DNA from: Octopus bimaculoides
Taxonomy: Eukaryota
Assembly (NCBI RefSeq): GCF_001194135.2
Contig: NC_068982.1
Location: forward strand, 36,006,360 to 36,070,359
Reading direction: 5' to 3'
Length of the DNA stretch: 64,000 bases
The notes beneath the pieces were generated by a model. That model did not search any database, had not been told where the DNA came from, and saw nothing but the letters and a program-made list of their open reading frames with translations. Below, piece after piece: positions 12,480 through 26,171 of this stretch. The position numbers and the translations under genes are program-made. The stretch's first letter is position 1. Every line of letters starts with the position of its first letter.

Positions 12480-12667
12480 GTATTATTAATTTTTCCTGTT
12501 TGTAACCACTGTTTTAGTAGATATTCATAGTAACTGTCCCCACGTGCACCAAGTGTAATTGTAGCAGTGTTTCGAAAAATACCAGTTTGTGCATTAATAA
12601 ATATTGGTACTAAACCATCTTTCTTTGGTTGTCGATGAATATGATTAGATACTTCACTGGCAGCCAC
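12480..12667 (-). CDS. MAN1B1: MAN1B1 exon 8 ([15 protein letters not shown]; human R461/D463 equivalents)
   Basis: ccctccag acceptor, AC|gtatgt donor; 188 nt, phase 0-2. Confidence 0.96.
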
Positions 12668-12944
12668 CTGGAGGGTGAAAAATTAAAATAAACTAGGTTT
12701 CTATTCATGATTTAAAAATTATGCATCTGAAATACAAAATCGAATTTCAAAAAATGCACTGTATATCCATTTTATATATTCTAGATGCGAGTAGTTTATG
12801 AAAGGTTAGTAAATCTTTAATAATAATTTTTAAAAAAAGGACTAATTGAAGTATATTTTACTCTGAAAACAATAAACAATAATAGGTTTTTAACAAGAAA
12901 ATAACCAGAAAGATGCTGTAGACATAGTCTATTTAAAGGATTAC

Positions 12945-15700
12945 TTAAAATTGATATGGTTGGTGTTATGAACAAATTCTCATACAGGCCCATTGTTGGC
13001 AGTAATTGAGGTAGAGTATGTGAAAGGATAAATAAGCTTAGTTATAAACGACATGACAGCAACAGTGGTCTTTGCACTACAATCTGAACTGACAGATGAG
13101 CAAAAGGCCTGTTTCAATGAGGTTTTTCTACAGACTACCTGGATAACAGATGACAGCAATCCCATCATCAATGATGACTTTAATGGATATGTTGGGCAAC
13201 ACCATGATGGCTATTGCAAGGTACATGGAGGCTATGGATATGGCACATGAGCAAGGAATGAAGAGGAATCAAAGTAAGACTAGTGATTAGCAGCATGAAT
13301 GTAAGAATTAGACAGACTGATAGATACTAGACAATACTAAGAAGGGAAGTATGGACACTTAAAGATCCTCGGTCATACAGAAATTCAAGGAAATAATAAG
13401 TAACACCAACAATGAGGAGGGAGAAAGATAGAGGATTATGGCATAGAAGACAACTCAGAGTTTCTACAAAACAACTTGCTGTGAGCCAAAGGCCAAATCT
13501 GTTGATAAGTTGCCAGCCAGGTGGAAATTGTATAGTAAATAGACATAAGAGCTAAGAGACATATGGAAAGAATAGAAGAAAAACTAGAGCAAACACTGGT
13601 AAATAGCTACAAGAGAAGCTAAACATCAAGTGTACTTAGTAAGGAATGAAAAGGAAAGCAGAATAAACACACTTTTGAATTTAATTTGCTGGTTGTAAAG
13701 CATAGTGGCTTTAGAGTTTCATTTGTTCATTTTCCATGCTAGCATGGGTCAAACAAATACATTAGTGAGGCATTGTTTTTACAGCTGTCACTAACCCTCA
13801 CCTGTTTTTCAAGTAAGGAATTTATTTCACATCTTCAAAGGTGTGAAGAGAGTGGGCTATTTGTTGACAGGAGTGTCAACAACACTGTTCATAGCAAACA
13901 ACTCCCATGGAGCTCTAATGTAAACACACTCACACAAAACATATCCACACAACAGGTTTTTTCAGTCTACTCTTATCAAATTTACCCACAAGGATTTAGT
14001 TGGCTTGGTCCAATAGTAAAATAAACTTGTCCAAGCCACTGTGCAGTTTATTAGAACTATATCCAAAACTGTAGTAATCAAATATACAGAGAGAGACAGA
14101 GGATCAGAAATGTGAGGTGTTCCAGTATGATCAAGATGTCATTGGTGAAGTGTGTACAAGATATCAGTAGTACACTCACCCTCATGGATACCAAGCAAAA
14201 GAAGTAAGGAATGCTCTATGAAACTCCACCCTGCTTAAACCCAACAAAGGAACCAGCTACTGAACACTGAAATCTTTATGGTCAAATGGGCCAAGCATAG
14301 AAAATCAGGGAAATCATCTGGACCATCAGCAATAGTTGCTGAGTCTTTGAAAATATCAGGCAAAATTGTAAATGCAGTAGTCATTCACACAGTTAATGAT
14401 GTAGTAGAAGAAGGTGACATCCTCAATGATTTATGTGACAGTATCATCATTTACAGCTGTGGACAATGAAAGAATCGACAACAGAGGCATTTAGTTATGT
14501 GTCAATTATGAAAGTAAGAGAAAAGCACAGGTAATTAGGAAGAAAATTAGCTTAGAAAAGATACTTATACAGATTTGTGTTTGAACAGCATACTACTGAC
14601 GCCTTCTTATCTAAGTTACTATGCCTAGCATTTGCTTACTTAGAGAAAGCCATTGAGAAGGTTCCCCACTATGTAATCTAGTGGTCACATGACATGTAAG
14701 AAATGTGCAAGCTATGGACAGGGGTGTTGTTAACAAGTTGACAGCAACAAGTTCAATAAAGATTTAGTATGCAGGCAAGTGTCCACTGAAGCACCAGGCC
14801 ATAAGAGAGACATTCAAGTTTAGCTGTTCATAGGAATTCCTGTATGCTACTCACCTAGTTTTCAAAACTGAATAAGTCATAGAATTTAAAGAAAATGTTC
14901 CAAATATGGAAGTTGAACCTAGAAACAAGAAATCCAAAATGTAAACCTACCTAAGAAAAAATTCTTAGCAAAGAAGAATATATAACTCTACTACCACCTG
15001 AAAAGTGGCTAAACTCAATATGCAGGAAAAGTGCTACAGTACATCCATAGTAAATTATGAATGCACAAGTGATGCAATGGGTTCACAGGCAGAATAGGAC
15101 TTCATGGGTTGTAGATGTACAAAGAAAAGTTAGCTAGGCAACAATTTCTGTTTCTTAGGCAACTTCATCAGCTGTGAAATTGGATGCTCTGAAAGCATAA
15201 TAATCAGAGTGAGAAAGAGTGCAAAGAGTTTAGGGAGATGTTATTTCCGCTGGGTGTGAAACAGACTGTAAGATGTTTGGTTATAGAGTCCAATATTGCA
15301 TGGCAGCAAAACATGGTAACTGAATGCTGAAGATATGTGAAGGCTGGAAAGAAATAATGTAAGCATGCATGACTAATGGAGAACAAATGAGCAAATGGAA
15401 TAACTGAGTCTAAGAGGATTCAGCTGTAGTGTACTAGAAAGAAGGCTGCACTGGTATAGACATGTGATGTATAAGGAAGATGACAGATGACTAACAAAGT
15501 ACCAAGTAATCCAAGTGGAAAGAACTTGCAGAAGATGAAAACTGAAAAAGACACGGGAAGATGTGATGAAGGCTGATTGTAGAATGTTGAACTTCACAAA
15601 GGACAGGATGGATAATACATTGTGAAATACTCTGCTGGAGAAGGCCCAAATCCATCCAAACCACAAAAGCATGGGAAAAGGTATGCAAAATGATGATGAC
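12945..15700 (+). mobile_element. Degenerate RTE-clade LINE (endonuclease, RT and 3' end) in MAN1B1 intron 7, antisense to the gene
   Basis: APE-like DDFNGYVG...HGGYGYG (13053-13280); RT-like GKSSGPSAIVAE...SIII (14278-14469); C-terminal remnant and gcatgggaaaagg...atgatgatgac tail at 15480-15700; many stops, interrupted by other repeats. Confidence 0.7.
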
Positions 15701-16471
15701 ACATTTCATTAGAAGTGCTATTTCTTTTGGTTGCCATACAAGTTGTATGCATTTTTTTAAATACATCATTATTATTATTTTACATTTGATTTCCATACTG
15801 CCTTGTCATAGATCAAGTAAGTTCTTATTCAGAATTAATACTTTATTAGGTATGGTTTCAATAACTGTAAATCCTTCTTAACATCAACCACTTTACGGAG
15901 TGAATAGGGTGCATTTTATTGTGACACCAGAACTAGAGACATTGTCATGTCCTTGGCAAGACAAAAAGTCCTTTCAATTTACAATGTTTCTGCTCATATG
16001 CCATCCCCTTTTCAGAATGTGTTAAATGCATTTTGTTGTAGAACTAGCACTTGAGAGGTTGCTTTATATCCTGCAAGGCAGATAGGGTCTTCACTGCTCT
16101 AAACTATCTCTATTTGTTCAGGGCAACATGAACAATAGAGAAGATAGCAGAGAGGGTGATTGCAGAAAATGAACTGGAGTGAGAAGGAGAAAAGGAGAGT
16201 GAATAAAGGTGGAAGCAGAGTGGGTGGAGTAATAGTGTGAAAGTGGAGGGAGAAATGGGAGATAGTGTTAGAAAAGTAATGAAGAGAGACAGTAAAGGCA
16301 GGGCAATAAAGGCATATAGTAATGAGGGAAAGAAACTAATTGCAGCTACAAGTTTGTATGCAAAACAGAATAAACAGAGAGAGAGAGTACTAGAAGAGTG
16401 TGATAGTAAAGGTAAAGTGTAATGAGAGAGACAGTAATGGTGCAGAGTAATGGGAAAGACACAAACAGCAG

Positions 16472-16770
16472 CTATATGGCTCAGTGGTTAGAGTGTTAGG
16501 CTCTCAATCATGAGGTAGTGAGTCTGATTTCCAGACTGTGTGTTGCGCTCTTGAACAAGACACTTTATTTCACACTGCTCCAGAAATGAGTTGCCAAGTC
16601 ACTGGTACCAGGCTGTATTGGCCTTTGCCTTTCCCTTGGATAACATCAGTAGCATGGAGAAGGGAGGCTGGTATGCATGGGCGAAACAACCTTACCTAGA
16701 CTTGTGCCTCAGAAGGGAACCTTCTAGGTGTAATCCCATGGTCATTCGTGACTGAAGGGGGTCTTTATAT
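16472..16770 (+). mobile_element. tRNA-headed SINE, family E
   Basis: A-box tggctcagtggttagag; 3' module ggataacatc...gcatggagaagggaggctgg...gtcattcgtgac recurs at about 36870-36995(-) and 53690-53850(+); related head at about 35770-35920. Confidence 0.65.
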
Positions 16771-18074
16771 TAGCAGGAAAAAGACAGAGAGTGAATGATG
16801 GATGACCATAGAAACAGGCAGTTCTAAGAAAGCATGTTGGATGTTGGTAGTCAGATGGAAAGGGAGGAAAAATGAGGAGGTGCATTGGATACCAGTAAGT
16901 CCATCATTTAGACATCATGATGAGGGAGAGACACATAGTATCAACTACATGTTTGCTGAAAAGAGAGAGAGAGAGGGCTAAGTATTGAATAGTTATAGGA
17001 ATTATTGGTGGTAGATGAGGGGTCTATTGCATAGACAAGGGAGGAGGACAGCAGATGGAGACTTAGCTGGTACAAAATGGAAGAAAGGCCTTGATATAGA
17101 TAAATATATTATTTATCCCAGCCTCCATCATGACCTCATTTTAACATACGTTTTTGCCATACTTGCACAGGTGGACAGGTCTGCTCCAGCACTGAATGTC
17201 ACCGACCATCAGGGTTCCTTGTCACCTCGTTTGTGAGATGCAATATCTTGAGACCACTCTTCACTGTTTCATGAATATCTATCAGCAAATGACACATGCT
17301 CGTTATTGCTTGGTTTTGTTTGCAGAAATTCATAAAGACTAGTAATTAAAACCTATGTCTTTCTATGTACATTCATGAGTGTGTTTGTGTGTGTGTGTGT
17401 AATATCTATATGAGGGTGTATATATAAATATTGTTTGCAGTGTTTATATAAGTACACACAAATACATTTATTTAGTTAGACAAATAAAAATTAGGTTCAT
17501 AAATTAACAAAAGATAGGTGGATATATTCACAAACAGAAGCCAAATTTTAATGTCTATGTTGTCAAACAATTGTTCTACTAACAAAGCATACTTTCCTTA
17601 AAGAGAAAGGAAACTGGAAACTTGCATTTATGTTATTTAAGTTAAATAACAATTTATTTAATATAAATTCCTCTGACAGGAAAATAATTTAATTTACACC
17701 AGATTACAACACTCCAGGTTCCTATTACAATAACAACATATGCACTGATATACAAGCCATCGTAAATCAAGTGGTACACCTCCAACAATATAAAATCTCT
17801 ACCTTAAGAACTGTGCAATAAATATCAATAAGATTTAGGTCTGCAGCAATATAACTAAAGAATGGTAGTCACTGTAATATTTCAGCAAATGTGTATTAGT
17901 CATGCATATTAAAGGCACAGGGATGACCATGGGATTAAGAAGTTTGCTTAGCAATCTGCAGTATTGGGTCAATTCTCACTGTGTAGTACTATAGGCAAGT
18001 GTTTCTACTAGAGCTTCAGGCTGACCACCACCAATGACTTGAGAGTAAAATTGATAGAGAGAAACTGTACAGAA

Positions 18075-18076
18075 GA

Positions 18077-18116
<40 letters not shown>

Positions 18117-18276
18117 TACATATATACATAAAATATACCTATGTATCTACATATACATATATGTATATATATGTATATATATATATATAATATACATATG
18201 TATATATATATATACATATATACATATGTATATAAAATATACATATGTATATACATATATAAAATATACATATGTA

Positions 18277-18306
<30 letters not shown>
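18075..18306. repeat. Compound (TA)n/(TATG)n microsatellite
   Basis: Direct reading; source of the YIYI ORFs. Similar arrays at about 20965-21200, 23077-23175, 33379-33436, 44978-45022, 55050-55290, 62775-62890. Confidence 0.95.
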
Positions 18307-18315
<9 letters not shown>

Positions 18316-18349
18316 CTGTAGTTTCAACTGATGCGTTGCCATTTTGCTA

Positions 18350-19545
18350 CACTGTTATTACTGAGTGCCTCCTCCAATATGTGGCACTTGGTGAAGAATG
18401 GAGTTTGATGTAGCTACCCTCATTTGCAACTCTTGCCGTGAGGTTGGTTCATCTGTGACTCTCGACAGGAAGAGGTCCAGCTTTGATTCAAAAACACCTA
18501 CATCTACTTTGTGCAGGTTCCTCAGGCTCTTTGGGAAAATATTAAAAAGCTGTGGGCCCCTGAAACCCAGGCTGTTGCAGTAACTGGTCCTGAAGCATGA
18601 TGGCGTTGCTAGGATCTTATGCAGTGTTGTCCCATTCTGGCATTGGTGTAGCTTTCAATGCCAAAATTTGGCACATTTCCTTCCAGGATCTTCCAGATGT
18701 ATATTACTGCATACCCCTCCTGCCTTCTCTCCATGGAGTAGAGTCTTAGCTGTTTCAGCCTTTCCCAGTAGCTGAGCAGTTGCAAAGAAATTATCTTCTT
18801 TGTGAATCTTCTCTGGATTGCTTCAAAGTCCGCTGTTAATTTCAGCCAGTCCTGTCTGAGGATTGCTTTTTTGGATCGATTTCCAGTCTACTTTGTGGAA
18901 GTTCAGATTGGAGAGATTTTGGGTGCTTCCTTTAGGCTATATGTCTGGGTACTTTCGACCCAAACTTAGACAGCTCTATTATGTTGTGATCTGAGACCAA
19001 CGTCAGTGTCACTTTCACATCATGAACGATGTCCATATTGTTCGTGAAGCAGAGATCCAAAATGTTATTCACCCTAGTTGGTCTGAGTACAACTTGCTCC
19101 ATGAATAGGGAATTGGTGAGGTTGAGCAGGGACTCCACATGTGCTTGTTTGCAATGTGTCATTCCTGAGAATATGAGGCCTTCGGGCCATTTGACGTTGG
19201 GGAAGTTGAAATCATCCATAAGAAATACTCTCACATGGTGTTCCAGTTTCATGAGGATTTCTTTAATTCTTGTGAGGCAATCTTCAAACTTGCCTATGTT
19301 GTTTGGAGCATCTGGTGGGCAATATGTATTGCATATGACTATATTGTGTTGTCTTATGTATACAATTAGAGTGTCACATACTGAATTTGAGTATGACAGT
19401 AAAACCTGGGGTGTGAGGTCATCATGGATATATACAGCAACTCCACTATGGCACCTTTCCCTTCTGTCTGTTCCCAGTATGGTACATTTTGGTACATGTA
19501 CTTCTGTATCCTCTATGTCAGGGCTGAGGTGAGTTTCCACGAGGG
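18350..19545 (-). mobile_element. CR1/L2-type LINE with internal deletion of the RT core (endonuclease joined to ORF2 C-terminus)
   Basis: ORF 18932-19657 contains LVETHL...GVAVYI...YCPP...DDFNFP...RPTR.NNILDLCFTN...SDHN. Downstream: NLNFHKVDWKSI, then directly DFEAIQRRFTKKI...YWERLKQLRLYSMERR...WKILEG.VPN. Confidence 0.85.
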
Positions 19546-19859
19546 AGAGAAAAACAGGAAAGGGAGGAATATATGTGAGGGAAGGAGAGAGGAAGAGGTA
19601 GGTATGAAAGTGAGAGAGGGAGCAGGTAATGAAGATGTGTAGGCAAACAAAAAACAAAATTTATAATTCTAAATAGGATTTATAACTCTAAATAATTCTA
19701 GAGTTAAAATGAAAAAAGAAATGATAGTGAAAAGAAAGGGGTTTCATAATAATTTCTATTTTTCAAAAACAATGTAAACGAAAGGGTTGCTGTAAGAAAA
19801 GTTCAATGAAAAATTATAGCGAAAGAGAGAGAAAGTTTCACCGTAAATTCTCAGAATGT

Positions 19860-20260
19860 AAACAAAGAGAAAGTCTTAACTCAATTGAGGAAGCATCTCT
19901 TGTAAGTTGAACTGCGCGTTATGCTGCAGTCTCTGCAGCTCATGCAGCAGCAGTAGGGGAAGCATTTCTTGTTCAGCATGCTGAATGTTGCTCCTTGCTC
20001 TGGGCGGCTCATTGTGCATCAATATGTGCTAACCGATAACAAAGCTGCTCTTCACTTTCCCTTCTTTGCGCTGCAGCCATCCTAAGTACATTGAGAGAGT
20101 TCCTCCTGGTGGCGTCCCTGACAGATTCATTTGCATGCATACGTTTACTCTTCTTTGCAGCATTTGTTTGCTTACCTATATTGGATCTTTTGTGTCGAGG
20201 CATAATGGAAAATTATCAGTTTACGCAATAGAAAATGTCCTAAGGAAAAAGCGGTGAATG
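19860..20260 (-). mobile_element. Helitron-like Rep/helicase N-terminal remnant
   Basis: MPRHKRSNIGKQTNAAKKSKRMHANESVRDATRRNSLNVLRMAAAQRRESEEQ.. resembles the R/E-rich leader of animal Helitron RepHel proteins; broken by stops; no Rep or helicase motifs. Confidence 0.5.
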
Positions 20261-20537
20261 TGTAGCACCCAAAAAATAGTAAAATGTAGTTGGCAAAAAT
20301 GTTAATCAAACAGACCAAATTAAGGATTTTTAATTTTGGGTAAGAGTTTGAAGTGGCTAGTTTAAGTTGGAACAATTGTATGAAAAAGAGCGCTCATGTG
20401 AAAACAGAGGCAAATCATAACTCGCAAATGAATACTGCTGACAGTACTGTGCAAGCACTTGATAAGAGCTCGCCACAGCTGACAAAGTATTGATTTTTTC
20501 CAGCTGGGTGTGTGTCACGTTTTCTCTGGCTCAAGCC

Positions 20538-20968
20538 AAATCCTAGGCGAATTGAGAGTAGTCTATTTATGTTGGGGGCATGGAATTTTGAGGAAAAAAT
20601 TATAAGAAAAAGTGTCCTAAGTCAAAGAGAGCACACAGGTCAAATTTGGTGAAATTCGGTTGAAAATTGTAGGAGTAGAAGTGGTTCACACAACACACAC
20701 ACAGGCAGACAGACAACCTGCCTTTTAATACATAAGATCAAACGCGTACCATTGCATAGACGTGGTGGGTTCAAATCCTAGGCGAATTGAGAGTAGTATA
20801 TTTATATTGGGGGCACGGAATTTTGAGGAAAAAATTATAAGAAAAAGCGTTCTAAGCCAAAGAGAGCACACATGTCAAATTTGGTGAAATTTGAAAATTG
20901 AAATTTGTAGAAGTGGTTCACACAACACACAAACATACACAGACAACTTACCTTTTAATATATAAGAT
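20538..20968 (+). mobile_element. Two tandem copies (20538-20738, 20773-20968) of a DINE-1/HINE-like Helentron-associated module
   Basis: Near-identical about 200-bp units: aaatcctaggcgaattgag...caaatttggtgaaatt...(CA)n/(CAGA)n...ccttttaata(c/t)ataagat. Confidence 0.6.
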
Positions 20969-21528
20969 ATATATATATATATATAGATACTTATGTATAT
21001 TATATATATATATATAGATAGATAGATAGATAGATACATATGGATATTATATATATATACTTAGATGCATATGTATATTATATATATATATACACACATA
21101 CAGGCGGAAGTTACTGCCGCGTGTGTATATGTCTGTGTGTGTGTGTACTATTTATATATATATATATATACATACATACGCACATACATACATATATGCA
21201 TATATGTATGCATGGGAGTGAGTATGTGTGGTTGTGTCTTGTCATTGTTTATGCTTGCTGTAGAGAATGTGCCTTGCCACGAAGCTGTTTATGTGAAAAC
21301 CTAGGGAAATAGGTATTTTACTTGGCAACAACTATAAGCTGGTGACAGGAAGGGCATTTGGTGAAAGATTATTGCCTTAAGTTTAATCCAGTCCATACCA
21401 GTATGAAAAATGCAGATGTAAAACTGATGAGGATTATTTCATGTCCATACAAGTGCAGTCTTGTCTCGTAAATAAATGAAAATGTTTATTATTTTCTTTA
21501 TGTAAATAAAAAAAAAAACTACACAAAC

Positions 21529-21717
21529 CTCATATTTGGGATCATTAAGAATTCGACTTAGATCTCTAAATTCAAGTTGTATTGTAGTTACTTCAGAGGT
21601 AGTGCTGTCTGGGCCCCACCGAGGAGGATGAGCTTTTTTGGTCTTTAGATTAACATCTGAGTATGGGATCTTAGATGGGGAATCAAAACAAGGCATTAAT
21701 CGATCTCCAAGTTCTTT
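21529..21717 (-). CDS. MAN1B1: MAN1B1 exon 7
   Basis: ttttccag acceptor, GAG|gtttgt donor; [23 protein letters not shown]...[15 protein letters not shown]; 189 nt, phase 0-0. Confidence 0.96.
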
Positions 21718-22318
21718 CTGGAAAATTAAATGAGCAAATGAAGGTTTACAGCTACAATGAAGACTGTGAGAGTCATGAAAAATAATGGTAATGTTAATAT
21801 GTAGCAGTACTTAAATACCATCTTTGTTACATTTAATCCAATTCAGGTTTTTGATTTGTATTCTTCTTTCCCAAAGACTGGAGCTTTTGTTTTAAAACAA
21901 ATGTGGCAGCTGAAGGTTTTGAAATAATGAGAAAATGACCACACACAAGTAAATCTAAAACATTTAACAGTTTATGATGAAGGCATTACAATTTAAAGTA
22001 AATTATTAATAATAGTTACAAATAAATAATTATTTCTCACATTAGGAAATGGTAATGACTTTGTAACTGAGGGATTATAGTCAGTAGAACTGATTCCAGT
22101 ACATTACTGCTACTATTTACTAGACTCCTGGTAGATGAAATTTAAAATCAACCTCTATGGGATTTGAATTCAGAATGCAGAGAGAAGAGACAAAATTGCA
22201 AGGCATTTGCTCCTACATTTTACCACTTTAGCCATATAGCTGCTCTTTTATGAATTAATAATAGAAAACATATTTTTAATACAGAGTTACAAATGTGAAT
22301 TAAAGTTTAAATTCTTAC

Positions 22319-22467
22319 AGCTTTCTGCTTGAACACTTCATCTCCAGACAGATGATAGGCACTTAGTAAGCCTCCAAGAATTCGGATAGTTATTTCAAAT
22401 AGATTCACATCTTGGTTTATATCTAATATCATATGTTTTTCTACCCAGCTGCGAGCTTCCTTAAATT
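22319..22467 (-). CDS. MAN1B1: MAN1B1 exon 6 (catalytic Glu, human E330 equivalent)
   Basis: cttatag acceptor, GCT|gtaaga donor; EFKEARSWV...[23 protein letters not shown]; 149 nt, phase 1-0. Confidence 0.96.
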
Positions 22468-23074
22468 CTATAAGAAATGGTATAAGAAAAAGAAAAACTA
22501 TTTTTGTTAACAACAATGCTATATTTAATCAAAAGGTAACAGAAAACATAGCTAATTAATGATTTTTTTTTCTACATGGCATTTAGTATTGTCAAAAAAT
22601 ATTTCATTAAAATAAAAAAGTTGATGCTTTTATTTTCAATGTCATGTTACCAACTTATCCAAACAATTTGAAAATAAGAGATCCAGGCTTTCAACTTCAT
22701 TTTCAACTGCAGAGTATCAATGTTACTTTGTTATTTATAAAGGTATAACACCCATTTTTCCATGCTAATATAAATAAAACTATACATATTACTGAAACAT
22801 TGTCTTACAGCCAGATGTGTGGCTGTGTAGTCAAGAAGTTTGCTTCCCAACCATATGGTTTCAGGCTCAGTCCCACTGCAGGACACCTTGGACAAATGTC
22901 TTCTTCTATATACCCAGGCCAACCAAAGCTTTGAGTCAATTTGGTGGACGGAAATTGAAAAACCCTCATTGGATACGCACACACACACGAACATGTGTGT
23001 ATGTGTGTGTGTGTGCGTGTGTGTGTCAGTATGTATATGTTTGTGTTTCCTTGTCTTGACTTTGTGTAATGTTG

Positions 23075-23164
<90 letters not shown>

Positions 23165-23472
23165 CACACATATATACATTTGTTCCCTGTGCACATTTCG
23201 CCACTGTGGTTATTTGCGTTTTCCCCAGTGAGTATTCATAGTGTATTTGGATGCAGATCTACAATAGTTCTGCAAGAAAACTGTATTACATAATGTAAAC
23301 ACAGAACACACACACACATAAATAAATTATAGTGTGCAATATATGATAACATTTATTACAATATAATATATACTGTATCAAAGTGTTATATATATGTTAT
23401 ATTTTAAAATACAATTCTATTACAAATGCAATTATACTATAGATAAATAGAAATAAAGTCTCAATAGCTTAC

Positions 23473-23664
23473 CTTCATTAAGCCCCATAATAAACATTGT
23501 GTCTAATGCATCAACCATAGTTAGTCCAACTCCAAACCAATCATGATATGTTTTTGCAACTGGCCTCAATTCATCGTGCCCCCAAGCATATTCTTGATAA
23601 GCTTTCCAAGCATGACTGAAGGCATTGATCACAGATATCTGCCTCTTGGACTTAGATTTAGGAA
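23473..23664 (-). CDS. MAN1B1: MAN1B1 exon 5: start of GH47 catalytic domain
   Basis: tttccag acceptor, G|gtaagc donor; (L)PKSKSKRQISVINAFSHAWKAYQEYAWGHDELRP...DALDTMFIMGLNE; 192 nt, phase 1-1. Confidence 0.96.
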
Positions 23665-26171
23665 CTGGAAATCATAGATTAAAAGGATAATGAGAGTGCA
23701 ATAAAATGTTTTGTCTGAATAAAACAAACAACTACTATTAAATACATACCAGTGCCACATAAAATCATCCTTGCTGGTACCATATAAAAGCATCTGTGCT
23801 GGTGCCATGTAAAAAAAAACACCCAGTACACTGTGTAAAGAGGTTGGCATTAGGAAGGCATCCGGGCATAGAAACCATGCCAAAATAGACAATTGGTGCC
23901 TGAGTAGCTTTCAGGCTGGCCAGCTCTTGTCAAATCAGTTCACCCACACCAGCATGGAAAATGGATGCATGATGATGATGATGATGATGATGACTATAAA
24001 GTAAGAGTTCCATGAATAATTAAAAAATCATTCCATGGAAGGTGTTCATAAGAGTTCAGCATATTGATTTCACCAGCCTATCAGAATTTGATCAGCCAAA
24101 TTTAGTAAATCACATGTGTGCTTCCTGGATAAATCATAGACAAAACATCTTTCCATTATTGATTTCTTACAGAATATGACTTTGATCTCTTTAAATTCAG
24201 AGTTAACAATTTTTTTACCTAATGTTAGCAACTTCCTTCATTTTGATATTTTTGTTTTGTTTTTTCTTTTGTATTACCGTCTCATTTTATTGGTAGACAA
24301 TAGATAGATAATGAAAGCATGCATAAGATAAGTAGGGAAGGAGATAGATAGATAGATAGAAGAGAGAAAAAAAGATGAATAGTGAAAAGGAGAAAGAGAC
24401 AATTTTCACCAAGTAGGATGAGAATATCCAAAAACTGTTGAATATAGATAACACACCTAATGAAAGTTCATTGCTTTTAATGCATATTGAATTGCCAAAA
24501 TAAAATAAATCTGGAATAAATTTGTTGTTTTTATAAATATACAAATCGAATATCCCACACATTATTCAGTTCAAAATCAAAAACATTCTCACTGGAAAAT
24601 GGTAAGATATAATTGTAGGAAGATTTGACTGCTATTTCTAGCATTCAAGTAACCGCTTTAACTGACATTCCATAGGTACATTTCTGATCATTCCAGCCAT
24701 GCATATGTACACAAATATACATTTTTTTTTTTTAGCATTTCAATAGCCATCCCACATGTATACATAAAATATACACACAAACAAAGCAAATTGAGAGACC
24801 TATTTTCTGATTCTCTAAAACCAAAATAATAGATTTTCATTTTGTCTTCAAATGCTACTTTGATTTCAAATGCACAGTAAAACAGTGTTTCTTCACAAAA
24901 TACTATATCATGTGAAAATATGTATCTAAGTCTTTTGTGTATGTGTCTGGGTTGTATATTTTATTCGTGTGTTGCAATTAGTAGTGTGTGTGCATTTGAT
25001 ATATATGTCATATGTCTATGTGCCATGTAAGTATTCATGTATGTTTTGGATGCATATTGCTATGATAAGGAACAAAATTTTTCTGTTTTGAGGGTCCCAG
25101 AATCTAAAAATGCATTGAGAGTAATTAAAAACAAAGGGACATGTGCTTAAGAGAACATAAGTCAAAACTTTTATCATCACAATGGACTGTTTTCATGAAA
25201 TCGTGGAACAAACAGAAACACAAATTATGACCTTTAGTATTATATAAAGATAACAGCAAATAAATAGCTACTCCTTGGTTCCAATACAAGCTAGGCAAAG
25301 TGGAATTGAAGTTTGAACAGCTAAAATATATCAACAAATGGAGATAGAGCTCCTCCAATGACACAATATGTAACTGGTACAGAACCACAAACTAATGAGC
25401 ATTGGTTGAGATACTTCCTAATGTAAGAACCATGCAATTCTGCTGACCAAGCAATGTACAATGAAGATGCAGAGAAATGTTTTAGGCTGAACAAAATTTA
25501 GCTGAATGGACTCAATAAGAAGAAAAATGGCAGGCTTAGGAAGATGACCAGAGAATATTTGGATGCAAAGGAGCAGCAACTCTTGTGTCTTTGCTCTGAC
25601 AGCAAAGATGGCAGACTCAGATCATTAAAAGCAATGAAACTTAAATTTCCAGGCAAGGCTCCACATAGCAAAATACAGTTTAATGAAAAGCAATAAAAGA
25701 TGGTATTCATCGGAACTACATGAAAATGGGATTTAAATTTTTGGCTTTGTAAATAATCCAAACTTTGAGACAATATGGATGACATCAGAAATCAGATGAA
25801 GAGCACCGCTGTTTTCTCCCTTGCTAGAATACCAAACACTTGTCAGAAAACAAATCATCTTTCATTCGTTTCAGTCATTGGACTGTGGCTATGCTGTGGC
25901 GCTGTGTTGAAGGATTAAGTCAAACAAATCAACCCCAGTACTTATTTTTCTTTAAAAAAAAACCAAAAAAGCTTGGCACTTATTCTATCATTATCTTTTG
26001 CTGAACTGCTAAGTTACAGGAATGTAAACAAACCAACCAACATCAGTTGTCAAGTAGTGGGAGGGGGTAAACATACTCATATATATATATATATGTATAT
26101 CTATGTATGTATGTGCATATGTGTGTGTGTGTATGTGAGTATACATACATACATACATACACACATATATA

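Noticed and set aside
18008-18413. YIYI/ICIY-rich ORFs (also near 21040, 22731, 54977, 61964)
   Set aside because: Translations of (TA)n/(CA)n/(TATG)n microsatellites; no coding signal.
25080-25860. Coding-looking remnant (..KMTREYLDAKEQQLLCLCSDSKDGRLRS..)
   Set aside because: Multiple stops, no recognisable motif or splice context; probably a decayed transposase but cannot be assigned without a search.
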